Shown here piece after piece: positions 51,450 to 63,519 of a stretch of 64,000 bases of DNA. Source of the DNA: Isurus oxyrinchus (lineage: Eukaryota). Under the pieces are notes generated by a model that worked only from the letters and a program-made list of their open reading frames with translations, was not told the origin of the DNA and ran no database searches. The position numbers and the translations under genes are program-made. The DNA is taken from positions 5,890,001-5,954,000 of the forward strand of contig JANJGN010000041.1 of assembly GCA_026770705.1 (NCBI GenBank), written 5' to 3'. The number at the start of each line of letters is the position of its first letter. Positions within the stretch are counted from its first letter, which is position 1.

Positions 51450-53590
51450 GTCCAGGAACAGATCATGTGTGATTTCAATTTACATTTAAACTGGGAAAGC
51501 ATTAATTAATAGCTTCAGAGTAAAAGCACTCCTAGGTAGCAGCGAATACAATATGATTTAAATTCACCTCCAGTTTCAAATGGAGAAGAGTGTGCTTAAG
51601 ACAAGTATTTTAAGCTTACCTATTCACATCTATGTGGGCAGGAAATCTGAGCGAGCTGAAGGGAATGGGGTTATTAAGCCAGGGGATAGACCAAAGGAGA
51701 AGCAGTGACTGACATTTAGTGAGGCATTTCACAAATCTCGGAATAAATTTACCTCTGCAGTAAAGGAAGATTCTTAAGCGAGAACCTGCCAACTACAGAT
51801 AACTAAAAAAGAAAGGGAAAGCATCGAGCTGAGGACAAATGCAACAGACGGTGAAAAGTTTACTGCCAGGTCGGATGATTGGCCAAGTTAAAATGAACAT
51901 CAAAGAATGACTAAAAGGTTACCAGGAATAAGAAATTAGATTATGAGCGGGAACCACTGTGAAATGTAAAACGTTTAGCTACAGATTCAACAGATTTTCG
52001 AAAGCAAAAGAGTAAGTTAGGAAAATGAGGTTCCCGTTCTGAGTTAAAAATGGAGTCCATGTTAGCTAATAAGGAAGTGGCTTTCGAAATTAAGACTTAT
52101 TTTGTTTCTGTAATCAACACACAAGTAACCCAAATGTTCCACTAATAGCTGTAAAGCAGGAGTGGAAATGGAGAGATCAACCTTCAATCACTAGGAAAGA
52201 GGTCATTACCAAACTGATGGAGCTGAAGGCAGACTCGTCTCAGGGTCCTCAGGAACATCATCCTCAGATCTTAGAAGAGGTGACGAATCAGGTAATAGAT
52301 GCGTTGTTGTTAAAATTCGAATATTCTCTAGTGTCTGGAAACGTTCCATTGCACTGGGAGCACGAAAAAAACCGTACTATTCAAGAAGGGAGGGATATGG
52401 AAAACATGAAACTATGGGCCAGTTAGCTTGACATCTGCCATGGGGGCGGTGTTAGAAACGATCAGGCAGGAGGTTATAACTGGACACATGGAGATAATCA
52501 AGATAATCGGGAAGAGTATCCAAGGTATTGTGAAAGGGAAATCTTGTTTAATCATTTAACTGGTGATGCTTGAACGATTAACGTGCAGTGTGGATAAAGG
52601 ATTGTTTTTTCCATGTGCTCTATTTAGGAATCTCGGAAGGCATTTGAAAAGTTCCCGCATCAACGTTTATTTTGGATGAAAAATGTTCATTGGCAATGGG
52701 TTAACCTATTAGAATGGACGGAAGATTGGTTAACCTGAAGATAACAGAGACAATGGAGTGTAATGTGGGAAAAAGGGATGTTTTCACTTTGGCAGGGACA
52801 ATAAAAATACAACTGGTTGATACCTTACCTGAGAAGGGCTTCAGGATTCCGAACTGGAGAGAGATCAAGCTGGTCAAGTTACGGAGTCGGAAAAAGTGGC
52901 CATGAAAGTAGAGCATGTCACTCAGAAGGGTAATGATATGCTCTGCTATTTTGTGAGGGGAATTGAGAATTAACGTAAGGAGGTTTTGCTTCATTTAAAC
53001 AGGTTATTGGTGAAATTTGGAATATTGTGCTTAGTTTTGATTTTCATTTTTATGGAAAGATGTGAATGCATGGAGGCGCTTCAGGGAAGGCTCACTAGGT
53101 TGTCACCTGGAATGAACGGGATGGCTTGTGAGGAAAGGTCAGGAAGATCGGAGTTGCCTGCACAGCATCTTACAGGAGGGAGGGGTGAAATACTTGAAGT
53201 GGATGTGAACCTGAAAACTTTTTTCAAGGCAATGTGATATTATTTTTCATTTTTTGGGTGAGACCTGAATTAGGAGACATTTATTAAAAAATGCTTCGCT
53301 CTTTTATGATAGAGTTTATGAATTTGTGTGTTTTTATGTTTGTTTCTCCTCGAGGTTTATCTGACTTTGGAACTCTCTACTTTAGAAGTTGGTGGAGGCT
53401 CGATCACTGATATTGTTAAGATGGAGGTCATAATATTATTGCCAGGAAAAGGAATCAAAGCTTAGCGGGTTGGTTTGGAATATATAACTCGAAACAACCA
53501 GATAATCAATGGACTATAAAAATGGTGGAGAAGTCCGATGGTCCAAATAGCCTATGTCTGCTCATATCTTCTATGTTCGTTTGTTCATGA
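51450..53590 (+). mobile_element. Old degenerate CR1 LINE (ORF2 remnants plus 3' tail)
   Basis: CDFNLHLNW (cf. GDFN), MELKADSSQGP..HPQILEEV..VIDALLLKF..SLVSGNVPLHW, AFEKVPHQRL-like, MEALQGRLTRLSPGM; tail CTGCTCATATCTTCTATGTTCG at ~53560. Confidence 0.75.
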
Positions 53591-55188
53591 TAGTGACGAC
53601 ATGGACGAATCTGATCACAACAATATAAACTTTCAATTTAAGTTGTTGTGAGAGTGAATGAGTTCAGTGAGCACAAAGGTGTGAGGGTATATTTGGTTTC
53701 GTGAGAGTTCAGATGTAGCCTGCATGGTTTTAGATGAGTTTTGATCATACAGTTTTGTAACTGGTTGTTACCAGGAAAATCATTACAAACGTTGACCCTG
53801 GATTTCCCGAAAAGGACACGTGAGGCCTTGAGCAACAGTTGGTCTGCAGTAGATGTTCTGATACAGTGTGGAGGATCGAGTGTAAAGCACTGAGTGAATG
53901 TGACGATATGGACCGCATGTTAATCAAAGCCAAATAGATCAAAGAGGTTCTGACCTGTCTGTTTCAGAATCAGATATTGTCCAGACACACGTTCAGGAGC
54001 ACATATTGATTAGAAATGAGGAGAATGACCGCCATCTTCATAATCTTAAGCAACACGGACTGTAATGCAATGAATCATTGATTTCTGGCATCGCATCTGG
54101 ATACAATGGTTTACCAGGCAGTACGCCAAAGCAATGATGGGAGAGTAAGCTAACAAGATCTCTATTAAGTTAAGAATGGGTTGTTGAAGTAATAACTGAA
54201 TGCAGAGAATCATAGAAAAAAGACAAAACTGGGCAGTTTAAACTGCTACAAGAGTGAGAGCATCAAACATCGTTCTACAATCTTACTGGGGCAAAAGCAA
54301 TAGCCACGATAACGAATAAATGCATTAAAGCACTAGTCGGAAATTCATCTGTTTGGCTTAGTTAACGACGAATCATATCCAGAAATAACATTCAAAAAAT
54401 GTAAGATAATACGCTGTCCCTTGTTTGTACATTCCGTCTCTTGTTCCCACATCGACAGCATTGTGTAACTATCGAAACAATTGATCTCAGATGCAGATCC
54501 AGATTTGCAACATTCAAATCTATTGTTCTCAGACAAAGATCTGTGCAGCCAAACTAGGTAAGTGTTGCTCGAAAATGGAATCCAACGGCAAAGTGGAATC
54601 TCATTGACTCCACTAGAATGCAACGGCAGCCCTGCTTTCCTGAGTATAGTGCTGAGTATCCCTACCTTCCACACGGGGGACCAGGGCTCAATTCACCGCG
54701 GGGGAGAAAATTCGTTGTTTGGTCTGTGCGCTGCAGAAGAAGTGCTCGCGGTTTTGGTTAGCAAATCGGTTTTCATTTCCGCATGATGATCGACCTAAAG
54801 ATCACCTCCACATCAATTGGGACAGAAGGCAGATTTGCAAATATACATCATGAATAATGTTTCTGGTAAGTTCCCCTGTGGGCAACGAGCCTTCAATCCA
54901 TCATGCTGCCTGTTTCCAATTTGTAGACGTCGCAACGTTTACCCAAAATAACTCTTCCCATTGTTTCCTCAGGGCAATTATAAAAAAAAAACATGCTTTA
55001 GAATCGACAAGGGCAAAAGTCACATCACACTTTGCGGTAACCAATAAGGTCAACGTAATTCACATCCCGACCACGATTGAGCATCCGGGGCTCACTGATG
55101 ACAACAGGATCCAGGCAGGATCACAGCTCCACGTCGCCTGTTCCCGACGCTGTTGAAGCCTGAAGAAAGTTTAGGATGACCAGAGTGC
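53020..55188 (+). repeat. Older paralogous block of 11238-13405 / 32542-34712
   Basis: Colinear over ~2.2 kb including non-transposon sequence and the tRNA pseudogene; roughly 90-95% identical by eye. Confidence 0.9.
54635..54706 (+). pseudogene. tRNA-Asp-derived pseudogene (older paralogous block)
   Basis: Same element; retains GAGTATCCC and the 3' GGGGAG of tRNA-Asp. Confidence 0.7.
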
Positions 55189-55189
55189 T

Positions 55190-56955
55190 CCAAGCTTCAG
55201 TAGGGGAACATTTCCAGAAACGTGACCGTAATTCAGTCATTTTCAAGTTACTGGTGTATAAGGATAGCAGGAGTCCTCGGGTCAAGGTGCATAATTGGGG
55301 CAAGGCTAATTAGAACAATATTAGGCAGGAACTGAGGAACCTAGACTGGAGGCAGATGTTTGAAGACAAATCAAAAACTGACATGTGGGCGGCTTTCAAA
55401 CTTCAGTTAATCAGATTTCAGGACTGGCATGATGAACGATAAGTATGGCAAGGTTCAGGAACCTTGGATAAGGAATGATATTGTGTGATTAGGCATAAAT
55501 GAATCAAAAACATTCGTAAGGGTTAGAAGGCTGAAGCAAGGTGTCAGGAGGACAAAAAGGGGTCACTGGCAAGCAGGATTAAGGAAAATGGCAAGATCTT
55601 TTCCACATATGTAAAAAGCAAAGGTTTAGCCTGGGAAAGGATTGGCCAGCTCAGGGAGAGAGGTGGGGATCTGTGTATGAAGCCTACAGAACTGACAAAG
55701 ATACTAAATGAGGACTTCTCATCAATATTCACCAAAGAGAAGGACTTAGCGTTCTATCAGTGGAGGGAAGAATGCGTAGATAGCCTGGATCATGTTGAGA
55801 TCAATAAAGAGGAGATGTTATACGTATTGAAGAATATTAAGTTGGATAGGTCCCCAGGGACCAGATGAAATCTAGCCCTGAGTGCTGACGAAGGCAAGGG
55901 AGGAGAATGCTGGAGCTTTTCCAGAAATCTTTGTATCCTGACAACGTACGGGTGAACTCCCAGAGGACTGGAGAATTGTCAATAATGTTCCTTTGTTTAA
56001 GAAGGGTAGGAGGGACAATCCAGGAAATTACAGGTCGGTGAGCTTTACGTCAGTGGTAGCGAAATTACTGGAGAAGATTCTTCGTAACAGTATTTCCTAC
56101 CATTTGGAGGCAAATTGGCGCATTATTGAGAGGCAGCATGGTTTTTTGAACGGAGGTCTTGTCTCACTAACTTGATCGAGTTTTTCGAGGAAATGACAAA
56201 GATGATCAATGATGGAAGGGCAGTGGATGTTATCTACATGGATTTCAGTAAGACCTTTGACAAGGTCCCTGATGGCAGACTAGTACAAAAGGTAAAGTCG
56301 CACAGGATCAGAGGTGAGCTGGCAACATGCATACAGAATTGTCGTAGTCATAGAAGACAGAGGGTAGCAGTGGAACTATGCTTTTTTGAATGGAGCGTTG
56401 TGACAAGTGGAGTTCCACAGTGATCAGTGCTGAGACCTTTCCTGTTTGTAGTATACATCAATAATTTGGAGGAAAATGTAACTGGGCTTATTAGTAAGTT
56501 TGCAGATGAGAAGAAGTTTGGAGGAGTTGCAGATTTTGAAGAGGATTGCAAGGGATACAATGGGCTATAGATCGGTTGGCTGCTTCGGCGGAGAAATGGG
56601 AGATGGATTTTAATCCAGACAAATGCTGCGTAATGCATTTCGGAATGTCTAATACATGTATGATTTACACATTAAATGGAAGAACCCTTCAATGCAGCGA
56701 CGGGCAGAGGGATCAGGGTGTACATGTGAACGTGTCATTGAAACTGACAACTCGGGTGGATAAGGTAGTCAGGAAGGCAAATGGAATGCTTGCCTTCATC
56801 GGCATTGAGTATAAAAGCTGGAAAGTCATGCTGCAGCTGCATAGAACCTTCATTAGGCCACACTTTGAATATTGCATGCAAATCTGGTCAGCACATTACC
56901 AAAAGCATATGGAGGCGTTGGAGATGGTGCAGAAGATGTTTTCCAGGATGTTGGT
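55190..56955 (+). mobile_element. CR1 LINE, 5'-truncated ORF2 with reverse transcriptase (inactive)
   Basis: FKKGRRDNPGNYRSVSFTSVVAKLLEKI, AVDVIYMDFSKTFDKVP, TSGVPQ*SVL, SKFADE, FNPDKCCVMHFG, IRPHFEYCMQIW; multiple stops and frameshifts. Confidence 0.92.
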
Positions 56956-56959
56956 ATTC

Positions 56960-58828
56960 TTGAGAGCAGTTCCTGGCAGGGTTTCCTGAGAGGTGATCCT
57001 GAGAGGGGTTCCTGAGAGGAGTCACTGAGTGGAGTTACCGAGAGTATTCCAGTGAGGAGTTTCTGAGATCCCTTCCTGAGAGTAGTTCCTGAAAGGATTT
57101 CAGAGAGCTGTTGCTGAGAGGAGTTTCTGAGAGTAGATCTTGAGACGAGTTCCTGAGATGGGCTTCTGAGTGGAGTTCCTGAGCTTATTTCCTACGATGA
57201 GATCCTGAGAGGGGTTCCTGAGAGATATTACTGAGACGAGCTCCTGAGAGGAGTTCCTGAGACGTGTTCTTCAGAGCATTTCCTGACAGGGTTCCTGAGA
57301 GGGGATCCGGAGACGTGATCCTGAGAGGGTTTCCTGAGAGGAGTCACTGAGGGGAGTGACTGAGAGGGTTCTAGTGAGGATTTCCTGAAAGGCGTTCCTG
57401 AGAGGAGTTACTGAGAGGCGTTACTGAGAGTCGGTTTTTCTGAGTAGTTCCAGAGAGGAGCTCTTGAGAGGAGTTCATGAGAGCAGTCGCTGAGAGGAGT
57501 TCCTGAGCAGATTTCCTGAGAGGAATCTCTGAGAGGAGTTCCTGAGAGGAGTTCCTGAGAGGAGTTCCTGAGAGGAGTTCCTGAGAGGAGTTCCTGTGAG
57601 GAGATCCTGAGTGGAGTTCCTGAGAGGACGGCCATGAGAGGGGTTTCTGAGAGTAGTTCCTGGAAAGAGTACATGAGAGGAGATCCTCTGAGGAGTTCCT
57701 GAGAGGATTGCCATGAGAGGGGTTTCTGAGAAGAGTTTCTGTGAGGAGATACTGAGAGGAGATTCTGTGAGGAGTTCCTGAGAGGTGTGCCTTAGATTTA
57801 GCAGAGAATGGGATAACTGAGAGGACGTCCTGAGAGGAGATCGTGAGAGGAATCTCTGAGGGGAGTTCCTGAGTGGTGTTCCTGAGAGGGGTTCCTGAGA
57901 GGAATACCATAGCTGAGTTCCTGAGTGGAGTTCCTGAGTAGAGTTCCTGAGACGAGTTTCTGAGAGGGGTTCCTGAGAGGAATTCCTGAGAGGGGATCTT
58001 GAGAAGGGTTCCTGAGAGCAGTTTCTGAGAGTGGCTCCTGAGAGGAGCTTCTGAAGAGCGTTGCTGAGAGGTTTTACTGAGAGGAGACCCTGAGATGAGT
58101 TCCTGAATTGAGTTGATGAGTGGAGTTCCTGAGATGGGTTTCTGAGGGTAGTTACTGAGAGGAGTGCCTGTGAATGTTTCGGAGAGTATTTCCTGACAGG
58201 AGATTGCGAGAGCCGCTTCTGGGAGGGGTTATGGCATTCCTGAGTTGAATTATTGAAAGGAGTTCCTGAGAGGAAATCCTGAGAGGAGATCCTGAGTGGA
58301 AATCCTGTGAGGATTTTGTGGGAGGTGTTTATGAAAGGAATTATGCGAGAGGTTACTGAGAGGGATTCCTGAGAGGCGTTGCTCAAATGGGGAACTGAGA
58401 GGAGTTTCTAAGTGGAGTTGATGAGAGGGGTTCCTGGGAGTCGTTCCTGAGCTGATTTCCTGAAAAGTATTCCTGAGAGGAATTTCTGAGAGGTGTTGCT
58501 GAGCGGAGTTCCTGAGACGGGTTCCTGTGTGGATTTCCGGATAAGAGTGTCAGAGACGGGCTCCTGGGAGAAATTCCTGAGGGCAGTTCCAGAGTGGAGT
58601 TTCCAACAGGAGTTCCTGAGACGTGTTCCAGAGAGCAGTTACTGAGATGAGTTCCTGAGAGGGGTCCCTGAGTGGAGTTCCTCACAGGAAATACTGAGAG
58701 TGGTTTCCGAAAGGCTTTCCTGATAGCAGTTCCTGAGGTGGTTTGATGAGTATTGTTACTGATTGGAAATCCTATGCTGTTTCCGGAGAGGAGGTCCTGA
58801 GAGCGGTACATTTTAGGTGAGGCTCCTG
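56960..58828. repeat. 13-bp satellite/minisatellite (CCTGAGAGGAGTT)n, ~140 units
   Basis: Perfect units at ~57528-57596, increasingly degenerate toward both ends. Confidence 0.95.
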
Positions 58829-59489
58829 TCAGCACAGTTCCCTGGAGGCAGGCGGGTGGGGGTCAGGGGGACTCTGTTTCCCATGACAACGGCAAAATAT
58901 GGCAGGCAGTTCATGTGCCAGCACAACGGACAAGGGGCTGGATTGTTCTTCATATCGATTGCATAATAGAAAGGGCGGGAACTGTTGCGCAATCGTAAGC
59001 AGGGGGTTAGACCTCGTCGTCTTGTGACGGCTTAATAGGAGGGCTGGGTCCTCTGAGTGCGCAATGGAAATGGGGAAAGGACCTGGTGCCCTGATGACGT
59101 CATAAGAAAGAGGGGAATGCTCTGAGAATGTAAAATGAATGGGGAAGTGATATTGGCCCATTTATGACGGCACAATGGAAAGGAACTTCTCATGATTCCT
59201 TTGTCAGGGCACAAATGGCGTTTGAAACTTCATGCTAAATATTTGTCCTGCACCGCCTTCCATTGGGCTCTTGAATTTTACCCTGTAATACTTTAATAAT
59301 GGTGAAGAGAATCAATAAAGATTCATGTGGTAAAAAAAAATCTAAATGTTCGCCAGTAAAAACACAATGTTTCTGAAACCTTCCCATCATTTACACCGAG
59401 ATGCACTCACCAACATCAGATAGTAGTGAGTTAGAAACCAGATTATAAGAAATGATGATCATTAGCAAAGTGAGGAATTGAGAGCCCCT

Positions 59490-59825
59490 CCACATACACA
59501 CACAGACCCACACACAGGCAGAGACACAAACACAAAGACACACACACACACAAGCATAGGCACAAAGATGCAGGCACACACATATACAGACACACACAGA
59601 TATAGACAGACACACACACGGGTACACTCGTGCATAGATACATACAGGCGCACACATACACACACACACGTGCACTCACAAATACTATGCACATAGGCAT
59701 ACACACATAGCCACAAAATCACACCAGAACATGCAGACACACACAAACAGAGGCACAGACGGACACGAAGAAACAATTCACAGAAGCACACACAGACATG
59801 CGCACAAACACATACACAGACATAG
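59490..59825. repeat. Degenerate (CA)n-rich simple repeat
   Basis: CACACAGACAC-type low-complexity run. Confidence 0.9.
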
Positions 59826-60399
59826 TGGATGGAACGATGATGCAATGTGAAATGAGCTGATCCAGATGTCGGGATTAACACCGTAACTGGAAAATGGAAA
59901 GGACCCAGTGACAGAGCTCACTTCCATCCACAGCTCACATTGCATCTGAACTCCTCTTAGTTCAAACTGACCTGAGCACCGATGTTCGCATTGTGAGATG
60001 TGGGAACAATCTCTCCGGGAGGCAGTCTACATATAGCTGGTTTCAAAGCTCACTGTGAGATGCAGAAAATTGGGAACCCCCCATTTCATCTCATTGTTAA
60101 GAGAGCCGGTACTTTTGGCCCTTGAGAAGCTCCACCGGGACATTTGCACAGCCGTGGAAGTCGTTGGCCGTGAAGGTGCCACAACATGGAAGTTCCCTCA
60201 TTGTTCTTTACATCAATCACCGAATGACCATTTCTATACTGATGATGAGGTACCCGCCGCTCTACTTGTCTGCGAACTCTCACAAGAGTAGTCCCATCCT
60301 TTGAGCATTAATGGGACCAGGAACATTCAGCCAAAACAAACTCACCCCATGTTTTAAACTCTCTAAAACAATGTTTTTTTTTCGCACTCCTTAAATCTT

Positions 60400-60975
60400 A
60401 CCCTCTCACCCCGTTGTTACTCCCCATCACACCATCTCTCTTTCTCTCTCATGTTTTGCACTCTGACTCCCTGTTTGTCACTCTCCCTCAAACCACTTCT
60501 CATTCTCGCACATTCCTTCACTCGCCCTCCGACCCCCTCATTGTCACTGGCTCTCACACTATCTCTGTCCCTCTCATATTCTTTCACTCTCACTCCATGT
60601 TTGTCAATCGCTCACGCACCTTCTCTCTGTCCCTCGTATTCCTTCACTCCCACTCCCTGTGTCACTCTCTCTCAAACCATTTTGTAATCTCATTCCTTCA
60701 CCCTCACTCTCCATCCCTGCCTGCTTCTCCCTCTCTCAGACCATCACTTTCTTCATATCTGTCCTTCTCCCTCTCTGTTTCCAAGTACTTGACACTCTCT
60801 TTCCCATTAACTGCTGGTCTTTCCTACAATATGTTTCTCCCTGACTAACGCCTTGTTACTCCCTCGCTGACTTTCTACGTCCCTGTGTCTGTCCCAGATT
60901 CTGGTTCCCTGACACTTGCTGCGATATTGTTCCTCTCTCTCCACCAGCAAGTGCCCTCCAATACTCTCTCTCTCC
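60400..60975. repeat. CT-rich low-complexity tract
   Basis: Pyrimidine-rich CTCTCAC/CTCCCT motifs. Confidence 0.75.
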
Positions 60976-61014
60976 GACTCAGTATTATTTACACGATTTT
61001 TTTTTTTACTTCCT

Positions 61015-61615
61015 GGATATGTATTAGTGTCAAGATATGAATTAGTTTAATGGTCTTCATTTTTCTCAGGCAATCTGTTAGTTTCAGGATCTGTATTACC
61101 TTCATGATCTGATCCGTTTAGCATTTGAATCATTTTTTCGATTAAATTACTTGCAGGTACTGTTCCATTTTCAGGGGCTGTATAAGTTTCAGGGGCTGTA
61201 TTAGTTTCAGGGACTGTATTAGTTTCAGGGACTGTATTAGTTTCAGGGACTGTATTAGTTTCAGGATTTGTATTTGCTTAAGGGTCTGTTTCAGGATATG
61301 AATTAGCTTCGGTGTCTGTGTTCGTATCAGGCTGTCTATTAGTTTCAGGGACGGCTTTAGCTTTAGGGTCTGCATTATTTTCACGATTTGTAAAGGATTC
61401 AGGGCCTCTAACTTTTCAGGGCTTGTATTAGTTTCAGGGTATGTATCTGTTTCAGGATATGAATTTGTTTAAGAGTCTGTATTCGTTTCAGGATCTATAT
61501 TAGTGTTTGGGTCTGTATTCGTTTCTACTCTGTATTAGTTTTAGGGTCTGTATTTATTCCAACGCCTGTATTCGTTTCTGAGCCCCTAATAATTTCGCAC
61601 ACCATATTAATTTCA
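61015..61615. repeat. 18-bp minisatellite (TGTATTAGTTTCAGGGAC)n
   Basis: Three perfect units plus a partial at ~61197-61265, with degenerate units on both sides. Confidence 0.88.
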
Positions 61616-61995
61616 GACAGGATATCATATCTACAACACTCGAGCCCTCTAGTGTCCCTTCCCTCTCTAAGGTAGATGGAAAAATTATGTCCAGTCGCTC
61701 TGCTATTTCCATTGTTCCTTCCCTCAGCAACCATTATACATCTTATTGATCACTTGTAAGTGTTCCACAATATTGTGGATCAAAAGTGGTTGATTGAAAT
61801 GATCTTACTAAACCTGTTTTTTCACTGATTGTAATGAATGTCATTCTCCATGGATGGTAATTGTATCACTGGAAAGTTTTTTCTTCCAATAACTATAATG
61901 GATTCCTTTCAGTGAGCCGAAGCTGGCAGTTGGAGCATCACCTGTACGAACAGGGACCGAACGCTTCAGAGAGAGAGAGAGAGAGGAGGAGGAGA

Positions 61996-62170
61996 GTTCA
62001 AAATCTGAGAGCAATAGTTCGAATGATTCAAGAATGGATCAGATTCTGTGAGCAATAGAATCGAATGTTAAAACAATGGATCAGAATCTGGGAACAATAG
62101 ATTTGAATGTTACAACAATGGATCAGAATCTGGAAACAATAGACTGGACTGATACAACAATGGACAGGAT
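61996..62170 (+). repeat. 21-bp (42-bp higher-order) repeat in the pseudo-exon 1
   Basis: ATGGATCAGAATCTGGGAACA / ATAGATTTGAATGTTACAACA alternating; ATGGA at 62034, 62076, 62118, 62160 (42-nt spacing). Confidence 0.85.
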
Positions 62171-62297
62171 TTTCTTGGTTGTGCTTTACGTTCTTTCTGA
62201 AACTTATAATTTGCTATAATTAGAAGATCGGATAAATTTGATACGTGCGGTTTTGAAAAGCTATACTATCCCAGCTTCGGGGCTGTTGGTGTCCCTG
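62034..62297 (+). pseudogene. Disabled exon 1 of a divergent GPR139-like receptor (exon 2 not in window)
   Basis: Ends EKLYYPSFGAVGVP + G, then GTAAG donor at 62298: same motif and phase as the intact exon 1s. Upstream frame MDQIL*AIESNVKTMDQNLGTIDLNVTTMDQNLETIDWTDTTMDR... has TGA (62049), TAA (62217) and a frameshift before 62255. Confidence 0.75.
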
Positions 62298-62689
62298 GTA
62301 AGCATCTCTATCAGGCTATAATTTTCGAAGTCCAAGATTCGCTGTGCCAATGTTAATGTTATTGAGATAATCAGATAAACGAATCCATTGTCTGCAATTG
62401 AATTTAGTCAAACTCCATTCTCTATCTATTGTCTCCAGAACAACTCACTGGCCAGTATCTGAGGCTGAACCGAATTGTTTCCAACCTCTTTGATTCCTTT
62501 AACCTTGGGCTACGCTCCGAACACATATCCTCACATTTGCCAATCCTGCCCACTGTGACCAGCACAATCTCACCAGCCTCCTCATCGGCATCAGGGCATC
62601 AGTAGGGTAAGCGCTCATCTGTATGGTGTCATTGTGAATTAACCAATTGAACGGTATTCATGAACGCTCCCAGTTACAAACCTTCATAA

Positions 62690-62830
62690 ACCACAGCCCT
62701 TCTGAAGTTCTGCTGCACGTCTCTGAACTCAGACCAAACGCCGTTCGCCCATCTGTGCTTTTGTCACGAACGAGCATGGCTTCTAGGTGTTGGAGCTACT
62801 GAGTTTGAATTTTCTCATCCTTGTGTTTGA
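62690..62830 (+). mobile_element. L2-type LINE ORF2 C-terminal relic
   Basis: TCTGCTGCACGT..CAGACCAAACGCCGTTCGCCCATC..CATGGCTTC..TTTCTCATCCTTGTGTTT resembles L2 SAAR.L..TK..SPI..LHWLP..KILILVF. Confidence 0.45.
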
Positions 62831-63519
62831 CAGACCCCGGGGTACCGACCCTGCTGTGACTTCTCTCCCCGTAGGTGTTTCCCCTTTTGGTGCAAAGCTT
62901 GCTTTTTCTCTTTTTCCTTGCCTTCAATTGTCTCATCAATTTGACTGTTTAGAGTGAATTGATTTGCTTTCCCCTCCCTTACGCATACCTGGCCACAGTT
63001 TCCGCCTCTCCAGCCTCACTTATTCCAGACGCTGGAAGTTTGGATTTAGTGCGACCCACAATGTTGGCCAATTCCATTCTGGACATGACTCTAGCCCGGG
63101 TGGACTGTGCATGCGGCGAATTGGTGAGGGAGGGTCTAAAGGTGACGCTAATCAGCCCTTCCACCAGCTTTATCCCACTGACTTTGAAATTTGGTCTGTG
63201 CAATTCCGATGTCCTCCTGTGTTAGGCGCCGTCAGGTGATCCATTGCTGAGCTGCGTGGGGACCAAGCCCTGGGCCTATTTCTACTGAACAGCTGTGCAC
63301 GTGGCCTGTGACAGTTCATGACTGCTTTGTGTTATGAGTAACTTAATGGACGTGCTGCGCGTGCTTTGCTGGGGGTTGCTATGAGCTGCTGCATATCCTC
63401 AGGGAGTTCTGAGGATTCAGAATCCATCCATGGAGTAGACATGGAGCGTGATGTTACAGTTAATCTGTTTCTGTAATATGAGCAACAAATTGAGCAGAGG
63501 CAGCTTCGATTCAGTAAGT

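Noticed and set aside
57371-58835. Long minus-strand ORFs of 150-303 aa (SSQELLSGTPLRN repeats)
   Set aside because: Translation of the 13-bp satellite, whose minus strand lacks stop codons; open in several frames at once.
59391-60848. Cys/Val-rich and Ser/Leu/His-rich ORFs
   Set aside because: Products of CA- and CT-rich low-complexity DNA.
56960-62170. CRISPR-like arrays in the 13-, 18- and 21-bp repeats
   Set aside because: No unique spacers, no cas genes, eukaryotic context.
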